From NCBI GenBank assembly GCA_964625065.1, contig CAZUZL010000001.1:40132-104131 (forward strand): a stretch of DNA of 64,000 nucleotides, given 5' to 3'. Shown one piece after another: positions 47,990 to 56,335 of the stretch (the stretch's first letter is position 1; every line of letters begins with the position of its first letter). The translations under genes were made by a program, and so were the position numbers. A model generated the notes under the pieces. The model ran no database searches and was not told the DNA's origin. It saw nothing but the letters and a program-made list of their open reading frames with translations. This stretch comes from an uncultured Candidatus Saccharibacteria bacterium (lineage in GTDB: Bacteria > Patescibacteriota > Minisyncoccia > Phycocordibacterales > UBA9973).

Positions 47990-48420
47990 GGGGGGCAAAA
48001 GGGGAATCGGTTGCGATTTTATAACAACAGGGAATCGCCACCTACCGTGGCGAGTGCTTTGAACAAAAAGGGGAATCGGCCACGGTTTGCTGGTATTAGA
48101 AATGCGGAATGGGGATCGGCTTCGCCTCTCACCTCGTCAGTCACTCGGTTCGGGCTAGCCACCGCCTCGCACCCACACTGCTGTGTGGGACCCGCTCCGG
48201 CGTCCGATTCAGAATAACAGGGAATCGCCACCTACCGTGGCGGGTGCTTTTAGTAACAATAGGGAATCGGCCACGATTTGCTGACATTTTTCATCACAAG
48301 TTCGAAAAATACCTAGCAATCCCGGCCCGGACTCGGCGACAAGCATTCCTTGTTACACAGGAATCTTGTATACCGCCTCCGTCTTCCGATTCCCCTATTA
48401 CGCATAAAATAAAATCGCCC
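47990..48420. repeat. GC-rich non-coding block of direct repeats derived from the 3' end of tRNA-Gly(GCC)
   Basis: A composite ~70-bp unit occurs twice (48027-48094 and 48217-48288); core gggaatcgg occurs at least 7 times in gene orientation and once inverted (48395-48413); hairpins cgccac-ctacc-gtggcg and cccacac-tgctg-tgtggg. Confidence 0.55.
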
Positions 48421-48450
48421 GAAGGTATACTTCGGGGTCATTTATTTTTG

Positions 48451-48521
48451 TGCGGAATAGGGGAATCGGACCCCTGTCTCATCCTTGGCAAGGACGTGTT
48501 CTACCACTGAACCAATTCCGC
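48451..48521 (-). tRNA. tRNA-Gly (anticodon GCC), no encoded CCA
   Basis: Acceptor GCGGAAU/AUUCCGC, D-loop AGUGGUA, anticodon loop UUGCCAA; the T-loop UCCGAUU carries an unusual C55; a hairpin cccgaag-uauac-cuucggg plus U-run follows the 3' end. Confidence 0.75.
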
Positions 48522-48684
48522 ATTTATTTATGTTTTGTTATTATAGTGTTTTTTGTAAAAAAAAGCAAACACAACATAGATGGTGTGGTGTTGGTAAAAT
48601 AGGCTTATTTTATATAGGTTTTATACATACATTTGTTAAAAGTCAAAATATAATGTATAATCAACATATTAATAATAATTAATA

Positions 48685-48756
48685 GCGCTTGTAGCTCAAT
48701 GGATAGAGTGACCGTCTTCGGAACGGTTGATGTGGGTTCGATTCCTGCCAGGCGCA
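48685..48756 (+). tRNA. tRNA-Arg (anticodon UCG), no encoded CCA
   Basis: Acceptor GCGCUUG/CAGGCGC, anticodon stem ACCGU/ACGGU, loop CUUCGGA, T-loop UUCGAUU; the T-stem has two G-U pairs. Confidence 0.78.
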
Positions 48757-48759
48757 CAA

Positions 48760-48912
48760 GACGATGAAAAGTAGACTGCTCTACTTTTCGAGTACTTGTG
48801 CGAGACGGAGCGATGTTTTGCAAGCATGCAAAACCGCGAGTCGGACCGTCTACAGGTGTCCATCTTATGCCGTGATGGACTTCGAGAAATTTTATGAGTG
48901 ACGACGAATAAA
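48760..48912 (+). other. Three consecutive stem-loops between tRNA-Arg and cca (possible leader or processing structure)
   Basis: aaaagtaga-ctgc-tctactttt; gagacgg...gttttgcaagcatgcaaaac...ccgtctac; gtccatc-ttatgccgt-gatggac; acgaata-aaa-tattcgt. Confidence 0.3.
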
Positions 48913-48943
48913 ATATTCGTGGCCAAAAGACAAAAACATTAGT

Positions 48944-50485
48944 ATGAACCAAATCACCATAGACCATAATATAATACCAACTTATGTTACACATGTAACA
49001 CAAACCCTTGAAAATGCCGGTTTCGAGGCTTTTCTGGTGGGTGGGTGTGTTCGCGACATGGTCATGGGTAAGGTACCAAAAGACTGGGATATTACTACCA
49101 ATGCATTGCCAGAACAAATCATTCCACTATTTGAAAAAACAGTATATGAGAATACATTTGGAACTGTAGGAGTTTGTGTTCCTCGTGAAACTGAATCTGT
49201 CCACTCTACACTGCCCACTGTTCACTATGACATTCTCGAAGTCACACCGTACCGTAAAGAGGGTAAATATGAGGACTTTAGGCACCCAAATGACGTACGT
49301 TTCACGAATAACATAGAAGAAGACCTAATAAGACGTGACTTTACCATGAACGCCCTGGCATATAGCCTTAGTTCTGCGTATAAAGGACATTCTAACGGAC
49401 AAATAGTGGACATATACGGTGGCATGCAGGATATAAAGGACAAAACTATTCGTGCAGTTGGAAACGCAAATGACAGGTTTAATGAAGACGCTTTACGAAT
49501 GTTGCGCGCTGTGAGGTTTTCCACAGTTTTGGGTTTCACCATATCTGCGGAAACATTTCAAGCTATTGTTGACAATGCACACCTTTTGAAACATATTTCG
49601 CAGGAACGTATTCGTGACGAATTTATTAAAATAATAGAAAGCCCAACACCAGCGCTAGGTGTAGGCTTACTGCAAAAGGCCGGACTATTGCAATATATAG
49701 TGCCTGAACTTATAGAAGGTATCGGCTGTGTACAGGGCGGGGTACATATGTATGACGTTTTTGAACACCTTTTAGCTGCACTGGACCATGCTGCGCAAAA
49801 GGGCTATTCGACAGATATACGCCTTGCTGCGCTTTTCCACGACATAGGCAAGCCACGCACCAGACGCAAAGGTGAAAAGAAAGAATACACATTCTATGGC
49901 CACGAAGTAGTAGGTGCGCGTATGGCAAAGGTAATACTGGAACGCCTACATATGCCAACCAAGTCTGTAGAATACATTACCAACATGGTACGTAGACACA
50001 TGTTTTTCTCTGATACTGAACAAATAACATTATCTGCTGTACGCCGTATAGTAGCCAGTGTCGGTGCCGATCATATATGGGAACTAATGCAAATACGCGA
50101 AGCAGACCGTGCTGGTATGAAGAAAACTGAAGCATCATACCGCCTACGTAAATACCATGCCATGATAGAGGAATGTTTGCGCGACCCTATATCAGTTAGC
50201 CAGCTTAAAATAGATGGTAACTACCTAATGCACGACCTAAACATAAAACCAGGGCCACGCATGGGCTGGATGTTACTAGCACTACTAGAAGAAGTGCTAG
50301 ACGACCCTACTAAAAATACAGTTGAATATCTAAGTAAACGTGTAGGTGAATACGAACAAATGCCCGATGCAGAACTAAAGGCACTAGGCGATAAAGCTAA
50401 GGAAACTAAAGACGAACTGGAAGGGGAAGAAGTAGCAAAGTTGCATGCCAAACATGGTGTGGGAAAGAAAAAACACCTTTCATAA
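48944..50485 (+). CDS. cca: CCA-adding tRNA nucleotidyltransferase with C-terminal HD domain
   Basis: GGCVRDMVMGKVPKDWDITT poly(A)-polymerase head; LAALFHDIGKP HD motif. Confidence 0.85.
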   Translation: MNQITIDHNIIPTYVTHVTQTLENAGFEAFLVGGCVRDMVMGKVPKDWDITTNALPEQIIPLFEKTVYENTFGTVGVCVPRETESVHSTLPTVHYDILEVTPYRKEGKYEDFRHPNDVRFTNNIEEDLIRRDFTMNALAYSLSSAYKGHSNGQIVDIYGGMQDIKDKTIRAVGNANDRFNEDALRMLRAVRFSTVLGFTISAETFQAIVDNAHLLKHISQERIRDEFIKIIESPTPALGVGLLQKAGLLQYIVPELIEGIGCVQGGVHMYDVFEHLLAALDHAAQKGYSTDIRLAALFHDIGKPRTRRKGEKKEYTFYGHEVVGARMAKVILERLHMPTKSVEYITNMVRRHMFFSDTEQITLSAVRRIVASVGADHIWELMQIREADRAGMKKTEASYRLRKYHAMIEECLRDPISVSQLKIDGNYLMHDLNIKPGPRMGWMLLALLEEVLDDPTKNTVEYLSKRVGEYEQMPDAELKALGDKAKETKDELEGEEVAKLHAKHGVGKKKHLS

Positions 50486-50486
50486 A

Positions 50487-50521
50487 TAAAAAAACAGCCG
50501 TACAATACGGCTGTTTTGGTT
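50487..50521. terminator. Bidirectional intrinsic terminator
   Basis: aaaaaaacagccgtacaatacggctgttttggttt. Confidence 0.65.
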
Positions 50522-50535
50522 TGGAAATTGGTGTG

Positions 50536-51027
50536 TTATTCATTTATGTCGCCATACTCCAATAAAGATTCGTCGGATCTTTCAAATGGTAGTTCACCTA
50601 GGTGAGGTCGATTTTTGAAAAAATTCAAAGATGTTCCTTTTTCCAGAATTTGATCTGAATAGACCATAACCAAATTTGAAACAAAAGCTTCTTGCTTAAT
50701 TACTATATCATACCCTTTTCTGAAATAGTTTATTTCATTCCTGTCTCGTAATAAAATTATACATTTTTTTATGTGTAATTCACCTACAAGACATATTCTG
50801 GTAGTAGATTCTAATGCCACCAAAAGACCTATTTTCAACTCTCTTTGTCCATAAACCTTTAGTCTACATGTATCAACTGTTAAAAACATAAGCTCATGCA
50901 CCTGCCTTTGTTTAAAAAAATGCAGAAAAGTACTGTAACTATTACTGGCAATCCTGCCGGTAATATTTTGCTCGCCGATCAGATCCACTAACCTAACAAG
51001 CTCTTTTTCGATATTCGTATTTTCCAT
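50536..51027 (-). CDS. Hypothetical protein
   Basis: 163 aa ORF, no motif. Confidence 0.4.
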   Translation of the reverse strand: MENTNIEKELVRLVDLIGEQNITGRIASNSYSTFLHFFKQRQVHELMFLTVDTCRLKVYGQRELKIGLLVALESTTRICLVGELHIKKCIILLRDRNEINYFRKGYDIVIKQEAFVSNLVMVYSDQILEKGTSLNFFKNRPHLGELPFERSDESLLEYGDINE

Positions 51028-51130
51028 TTGATTAATTTACTTTTTTTATTTACATTACCACCTGTATATACATATGTCAAACAAAAAAACCCAGGTCGTA
51101 CAGACCTGGGTTTCGCAATTTTAGTGCATT

Positions 51131-51589
51131 TTATTTTGCAGGACGGGATGACGCCAAAAACATTTCTTTGGCCGGACCGTCTTCAAGAACATGTTCATGT
51201 GAAAGGGAAAGTAAAATACTATCATTTAATAGTATTCTTTTTTCCGTAGTAATTTCTTTCGAAAAAAGGTAGCGGAAAGTTTCGTGTTCCTTTACATAAA
51301 CTATGGCTCGAATAAGTCTTTTACCAGCTATAACAGGGTGGTGGCCCGAATTATCTATTAATCCGGCGATTACTCCAATTGGAGTAATGTTCACATGGGT
51401 AAGGGAAAGAGACCCTTTATACTTTTGATGCAAATCTTTGGGTTCTTCACCAGTCACAACAAACGATTGACCCCTTACATGTTTTAGTGTTTCAAAAATT
51501 TTGCTGATTTTCTGCATTGCTTCTCTTTGATGCAATGGCAAACCTGATTGCAATACGCGACGAAGGTCGCCAATGTTTTCTTGTTGCAT
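51131..51589 (-). CDS. Hypothetical protein (weak resemblance to PPC/DUF296-type domain)
   Basis: 152 aa; THVNITPIGVIAGLIDNSGHHPVIAGK; terminator aaacccaggtcgtacagacctgggttt downstream at 51087-51113. Confidence 0.4.
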   Translation of the reverse strand: MQQENIGDLRRVLQSGLPLHQREAMQKISKIFETLKHVRGQSFVVTGEEPKDLHQKYKGSLSLTHVNITPIGVIAGLIDNSGHHPVIAGKRLIRAIVYVKEHETFRYLFSKEITTEKRILLNDSILLSLSHEHVLEDGPAKEMFLASSRPAK

Positions 51590-51686
51590 GGTACTATAGT
51601 TATTAATTTATAAAACATAGTACAGCACTAACTAGGTTTTGTCAACAAAATCACACCAAATAAAATACAAAAAGGAAAGTAAAAAA

Positions 51687-52478
51687 TTAAATATCTAAAT
51701 CAATATAAATAGGGCAGTGGTCGGAACCCATGTAGTCGATCAGTGTTTCAAACTTTTTTATTTTTGGTACCAGTCCAGCTGAAGCAAAAAAATAATCTAT
51801 GCGCCAGCCAACGTTACGGTCGCGGGCTGCGGTTTTCTGGTCCCAGTATGTATATATGTCTGTAACGTTTCCGTGTATGTGTCGAAACATATCTGTATAG
51901 CCATGGCCTACAACCTGGTCTAACCATTCGCGTTCTATGGGCAGGAAACCTGTGTTGTCTGCATTTTCCTTGGGCCGGGCAAGGTCTATTTCAGTGTGCG
52001 CAGTGTTTACGTCGCCACAGAACAGTACCATGCTACCTTTTTTCTGTAGTCCATCTACATATTTTAAATATGTATCATAAAATTTTAGCTTATAGTCTAA
52101 ACGTTCAGGACCACCACCACCGTTAGGGAAGTATGTGTTAATCAGTACAATAGAGTTTGTTTTGGTTTGTATTGTAGTTACGATGTTACGACCCTCTACA
52201 TCAAAAACTTCGTTACCTATACCGTTTACTGGTACTGTAACATCGAAACCGTCTTTGATATAAAAACCAACACCGCTGTAGCCCTTACGTGCACGTGAAG
52301 CAGATACATATAATGTATAGCCGTGTACGTGTTGGTATTCGGCAGGTATTTGTTCAAGTTCAGCCTTTATCTCTTGTAAACAAAGTATGTCGGGCTTGTA
52401 TTTAGTCAGTAATGGATCTAAATTACCTTGTTTTATAGTTGCCCGCAGGCCGTTAGTGTTCCATGAAATTATGCGCAT
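51687..52478 (-). CDS. xth: Exodeoxyribonuclease III (AP endonuclease)
   Basis: MRIISWNTNGLRA...LCLQE...SDHCP motifs. Confidence 0.9.
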   Translation of the reverse strand: MRIISWNTNGLRATIKQGNLDPLLTKYKPDILCLQEIKAELEQIPAEYQHVHGYTLYVSASRARKGYSGVGFYIKDGFDVTVPVNGIGNEVFDVEGRNIVTTIQTKTNSIVLINTYFPNGGGGPERLDYKLKFYDTYLKYVDGLQKKGSMVLFCGDVNTAHTEIDLARPKENADNTGFLPIEREWLDQVVGHGYTDMFRHIHGNVTDIYTYWDQKTAARDRNVGWRIDYFFASAGLVPKIKKFETLIDYMGSDHCPIYIDLDI

Positions 52479-52553
52479 AAAGGTAGTATAAACTACTTTC
52501 CTTTTCCGTGAAACCCAGTAGTAATGACTACATACTACCGGGCATGCTTTTTA

Positions 52554-53483
52554 TTATTTTGATTTTCCGTGGAATTTCTTATGTATATCACGTAGTTGTG
52601 AATCGGTAACGTGTGTATATATCTGTGTTGTGGCTATATTTGCGTGGCCTAGCATCATCTGCACACTGCGTATGTCTGCACCGTTAGACAACAGATCTGT
52701 AGCAAAACTGTGGCGTATAACGTGTGGGGTAACTTTTTTTGATATGCCCGCCATTATGGCATAGTGTTTAATAATACGTTCTATAGAACGTGAAGTTAGT
52801 CGTGTGTTGTTTTTAGCAAGTGAAATAAACATTGGTTCTGACATGTCTCTTCTGTTTTTTATATATGTCTGCACTGCGTCCTTAGCAGTTTCTGATAGGA
52901 AAACCACGCGAACTTTTTCGCCTTTACCACGGATAGAAAATTCGTCTTTAGACAGATCAAGGTCGCGGTTTAGCGAAGCTATTTCTGAAACACGCAGGCC
53001 AGTAGAAAACAGTAGTTCTAACATAGCTCTGTCGCGAAGTAGTTTTGTTTTATCTATACCTTCGGCAGTAGGTAGGTTTATTTCCGGTGCATGTAGTAGT
53101 CTGTTTAGTTCGTCTACTGTTATCAGGTCTAGGTGGCGTTCTTTAAGTTTAGCCAGTTCTATACGGTCTGGTGGTAGGGAAGTTACACCACGCTTCATTA
53201 AATATTTTAAGAAAACACGTATGGCTATCATGTGGTAGTTTTGTGTGTTTTTTTTCAGGGTTGCCGCCACTTGACCCTTAACTTTCATACCAGACTGGCG
53301 GTTTAGATAAAGGCGGAATTCACGCACAACGTCGTCTGTAATGTCAGTAGGGGTTTTAATGTTCGACACTGCAAAAAAGCGTATTAAGTACCTGTCATAG
53401 TTAGCCACAGTTTTTAAACTTTGGCCTTTTTCGATTTCAACATATTCAAGGAACTGCCTTTTACATGTATTAATGTCATCCAT
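52554..53483 (-). CDS. Tyrosine site-specific recombinase XerC/XerD
   Basis: R...HxxR...Y catalytic residues (GLRVSE, VIRHSFAT, LGHANIATTQIYTHV). Confidence 0.85.
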   Translation of the reverse strand: MDDINTCKRQFLEYVEIEKGQSLKTVANYDRYLIRFFAVSNIKTPTDITDDVVREFRLYLNRQSGMKVKGQVAATLKKNTQNYHMIAIRVFLKYLMKRGVTSLPPDRIELAKLKERHLDLITVDELNRLLHAPEINLPTAEGIDKTKLLRDRAMLELLFSTGLRVSEIASLNRDLDLSKDEFSIRGKGEKVRVVFLSETAKDAVQTYIKNRRDMSEPMFISLAKNNTRLTSRSIERIIKHYAIMAGISKKVTPHVIRHSFATDLLSNGADIRSVQMMLGHANIATTQIYTHVTDSQLRDIHKKFHGKSK

Positions 53484-53596
53484 TGCTAAATTATATCACA
53501 ATGTCGCACAATATTACCTTGTGTTTATACAGTTGACAAGTTATACCATATCTGCTATAGTATATTCAGCTAAGTTCTAACTAAAAAAGCTACCAA

Positions 53597-53923
53597 ATGG
53601 TGAAGAATAAAAATAAACAAATAATAAAAAAACTTGTTGCAGTGAAGAATAAACCTAAAAACCCTGAATTTTTTGTTGAAGAAAAGATTGAGGGCATCAG
53701 AGAGGAAATGGGCATGCTACAAGTGTTAATATACGAATTTTCAGAACCAAACGCTGTGAAAACAGAAGAAGTTCATGAAACTGTTAAGTTTTCTGAGGTA
53801 AAAAAGAGTGTAAAATTCACTCGTGAAAGAGAAGTAAATTACGTACATTCAGAAAATGCTTACGTAGCAACAAGTGTTGCTGTACATGATCTAGTAAAAC
53901 AATATAAACCTTGTTTTGACTAA
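53597..53923 (+). CDS. Hypothetical protein
   Basis: 108 aa Lys/Glu-rich ORF with terminator aaagtcgaggaattcctcgacttttttt at 53950-53978. Confidence 0.4.
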   Translation: MVKNKNKQIIKKLVAVKNKPKNPEFFVEEKIEGIREEMGMLQVLIYEFSEPNAVKTEEVHETVKFSEVKKSVKFTREREVNYVHSENAYVATSVAVHDLVKQYKPCFD

Positions 53924-54038
53924 AAATATGGGTGCGGTTTTTTGTGAAAAGTCGAGGAATTCCTCGACTTTTTTTATTGCCTGGGTATTTAGACTGGCCC
54001 TTGCATAATTTGTCAATATATGCTACATTATAAACACT

Positions 54039-54299
54039 ATGTTAACAACAAAGAAAAAGCAGAACGTAATAAAAAAGGTGCAATTGCACGACACAGACAC
54101 AGGGTCTTCTCCTGCACAAATTGCTATTTTATCTGCTAGAATAGACGAACTTTCTGGCCACTTGAAAAAACACAAAAAAGACAACCATTCACGCCGTGGT
54201 TTGATCAAAATGGTAGCTGACAGACGTAGTCACCTTAAATACTTGGAAAAAAACGACAAAGCTCGTTACGACCAAATGATAAAACTTATCAAGGCATAA
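54039..54299 (+). CDS. rpsO: 30S ribosomal protein S15
   Basis: GSSPAQIAILSARIDELSGHLKKHKKDNHSRRGL motif; terminator aaaagaacctcgttaaaacgaggttctttt follows. Confidence 0.92.
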   Translation: MLTTKKKQNVIKKVQLHDTDTGSSPAQIAILSARIDELSGHLKKHKKDNHSRRGLIKMVADRRSHLKYLEKNDKARYDQMIKLIKA

Positions 54300-54355
54300 A
54301 ATAAAAGAACCTCGTTAAAACGAGGTTCTTTTATTTTCTATGGTATAATACACAT

Positions 54356-54862
54356 ATGACAGTAATAAAACAAAAAGAACAACGTGTGGGTATATTTATA
54401 GATGCACAGAACATGTACCACAGCGCTAAAAACCTTTACCACCGCAAAGTAAACTTTGCCGCCATTATGCGTGAAGCGTTGGCTGGCCGTAAACTGGTAC
54501 GCGCCATTGCATATGTTATAACTTCAGATTCAGGTGAAGAAAAAAACTTTTTTGATGCACTTATAAAGTCTGGTATAGAAACTAAAACCAAAGACTTACA
54601 AACTTTCTACGGCGGTGCTAAAAAAGCCGACTGGGACGTGGGTCTAGCAGTAGACGCTATTAAAATGGCACCACGTCTAGATGCAATAGTTATAATTTCA
54701 GGCGACGGAGACTTTGTACCCCTAGTAGAATACTTAAAAACTATGACACAGGTAGAGGCTATGTCTTTTGGTAAATCTACATCTAGTAAACTTATAGAAT
54801 CTGTAGACGACTTTATAGATATGTCTCTAACACCTAAAAAATATTTGATAGGCATGAAGTAG
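54356..54862 (+). CDS. NYN-domain (LabA-like) protein, predicted RNase
   Basis: VGIFIDAQNMY...DVGLAVDAI...IISGDGDFVPLV motifs. Confidence 0.75.
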   Translation: MTVIKQKEQRVGIFIDAQNMYHSAKNLYHRKVNFAAIMREALAGRKLVRAIAYVITSDSGEEKNFFDALIKSGIETKTKDLQTFYGGAKKADWDVGLAVDAIKMAPRLDAIVIISGDGDFVPLVEYLKTMTQVEAMSFGKSTSSKLIESVDDFIDMSLTPKKYLIGMK

Positions 54863-54877
54863 TTTATAAAATATAGT

Positions 54878-55780
54878 TTGTACCTTATGGAAAATGTTCC
54901 ACAAAAACCACAAATACAAAACGAAAACATTCTTGTAGAACAAGGGGCTGTTCATACTTATGAAAAAGATATGGAACAAGCCCTACGTGGGGAACAAAGT
55001 GGTTTAGTTAAAGAAACCATCGAACGTGCCCGCGAAGACCAAAATGCTCGGGGCAGTATAGCCAGAGAAAAAACTAAAAACCAAATTTTAGTTTGGTTAA
55101 GTGTGTTGTTTATATTGGTTAGTCTTGGCAGTATTTACTATTCTTGGACAACACAACAGCAACTATCTATACCGGCCACACCTACTATAGTACCTGTGGT
55201 ATTTTTCAATACAACGACACAGCCAACAGTACTACCCAGTACAACACAAGTTGTTTCAGACATTATAATGCAAGCAAAAAACGAAACCCTTAGTCCAGGC
55301 ACACTACACAGAGTTTTGTTTACTGACACAACTAACACACCTGCATCGAGTATTTTACTATTCCAAAGTTTAGGCTGGCATATAGACGAATTTCTAACAC
55401 ATAGTCTGTCAAGCAGAAGCGAAGTTGGTATTTATACAAACCCTGATGGAACAAAGTCACCATTTGTACTAGGCACAACAGATGGAACTGACGCAGCATA
55501 CCGTGGTCTAGCCACGTGGGAAACTAAGGCCCTAGAAGACACAGCAACATTGTTTGACATACAAACTAAAACCATAAACGACGCATTGTACCAAAAAAGT
55601 TTTGAACAAATAACAATAAAAAACAAAGACGGACGTGCACTATACGACGACCAAAACAAACCCCTAATAATAATCGAGTTCCTTGACAACAACCATTTTA
55701 TTGTGACTAATTCTAAAGACGCCGTCAAAGAAGTCTTAGTCCGCTTGGCCAAAGAACAAAGTAGAAATGTTGCCCAATAA
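54878..55780 (+). CDS. Membrane-anchored hypothetical protein
   Basis: 300 aa with a single TM helix ILVWLSVLFILVSLGSIYY and a Thr-rich extracellular region. Confidence 0.5.
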   Translation: MYLMENVPQKPQIQNENILVEQGAVHTYEKDMEQALRGEQSGLVKETIERAREDQNARGSIAREKTKNQILVWLSVLFILVSLGSIYYSWTTQQQLSIPATPTIVPVVFFNTTTQPTVLPSTTQVVSDIIMQAKNETLSPGTLHRVLFTDTTNTPASSILLFQSLGWHIDEFLTHSLSSRSEVGIYTNPDGTKSPFVLGTTDGTDAAYRGLATWETKALEDTATLFDIQTKTINDALYQKSFEQITIKNKDGRALYDDQNKPLIIIEFLDNNHFIVTNSKDAVKEVLVRLAKEQSRNVAQ

Positions 55781-55843
55781 TGCTATTTTTTGGGTAAAAA
55801 CTATTTGCTATTTTTGTGGTTATGCTACAATATACGGAACATG

Positions 55844-56215
55844 AAATTAGACACAAACTACAAACAAATACGTGAAGGCCTATCTATCGAAAAAGAAAAG
55901 ATAGAGTCTGAACTAAAAGACATTGCCAGCTACAGTACTGAAACCCGTTCTTGGGAAGCAATGCCTACATCACAAGACGACGGACCAGAATCTGATGCGG
56001 TAGATTTAGCAGACCGCCTAGAAGAATACGAAACACGAAGTGAAATGGTTCGTACACTTGAAAAAAGACTAAACTCTATAAACAGTGCAATAGAAAAAAT
56101 AGACGCAGGTAAAGGTTTCGGTATATGTGAAGTTTGCAGTAAACAAATAGAAGGCGACAGACTTATGGCAAACCCTTCAGCAAAAACATGTAAAGAACAC
56201 ATGAACAACAGATAG
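55844..56215 (+). CDS. DksA/TraR-family zinc-finger protein
   Basis: Coiled coil followed by CEVC-x17-CKEH; start taken at MKLDTNYK. Confidence 0.65.
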   Translation, partial: KLDTNYKQIREGLSIEKEKIESELKDIASYSTETRSWEAMPTSQDDGPESDAVDLADRLEEYETRSEMVRTLEKRLNSINSAIEKIDAGKGFGICEVCSKQIEGDRLMANPSAKTCKEHMNNR

Positions 56216-56258
56216 TCGAATATCAATGGACATCATCCGACATGATTTTTGAGAAAAT

Positions 56259-56290
56259 CAAAAGCGACACATTGGTGTCGCTTTTTATTT
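56259..56290 (+). terminator. Intrinsic terminator
   Basis: aaaagcgacacattggtgtcgctttttattt. Confidence 0.6.
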
Positions 56291-56335
56291 ATTAAATTTA
56301 TTTGTTATATTTTTTCTACAGGTTATAATATTTAT

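Noticed and set aside
47990-48450. Possibility that the GC-rich block is RNase P RNA (the minus strand has GAGUCCGGGC resembling the P4 5' strand)
   Set aside because: No complementary P4 3' strand (CCGGCUY) and no other universal RNase P motifs were found; the resemblance is limited to one 10-mer.
47918-48510. ORF-track proteins 47918-48217 (+), 48019-48231 (-), 48109-48510 (+)
   Set aside because: They lie in a GC-rich repeat array and overlap a tRNA gene; the translations are Arg/Gly/Pro-rich low-complexity, typical of spurious ORFs in high-GC non-coding DNA.
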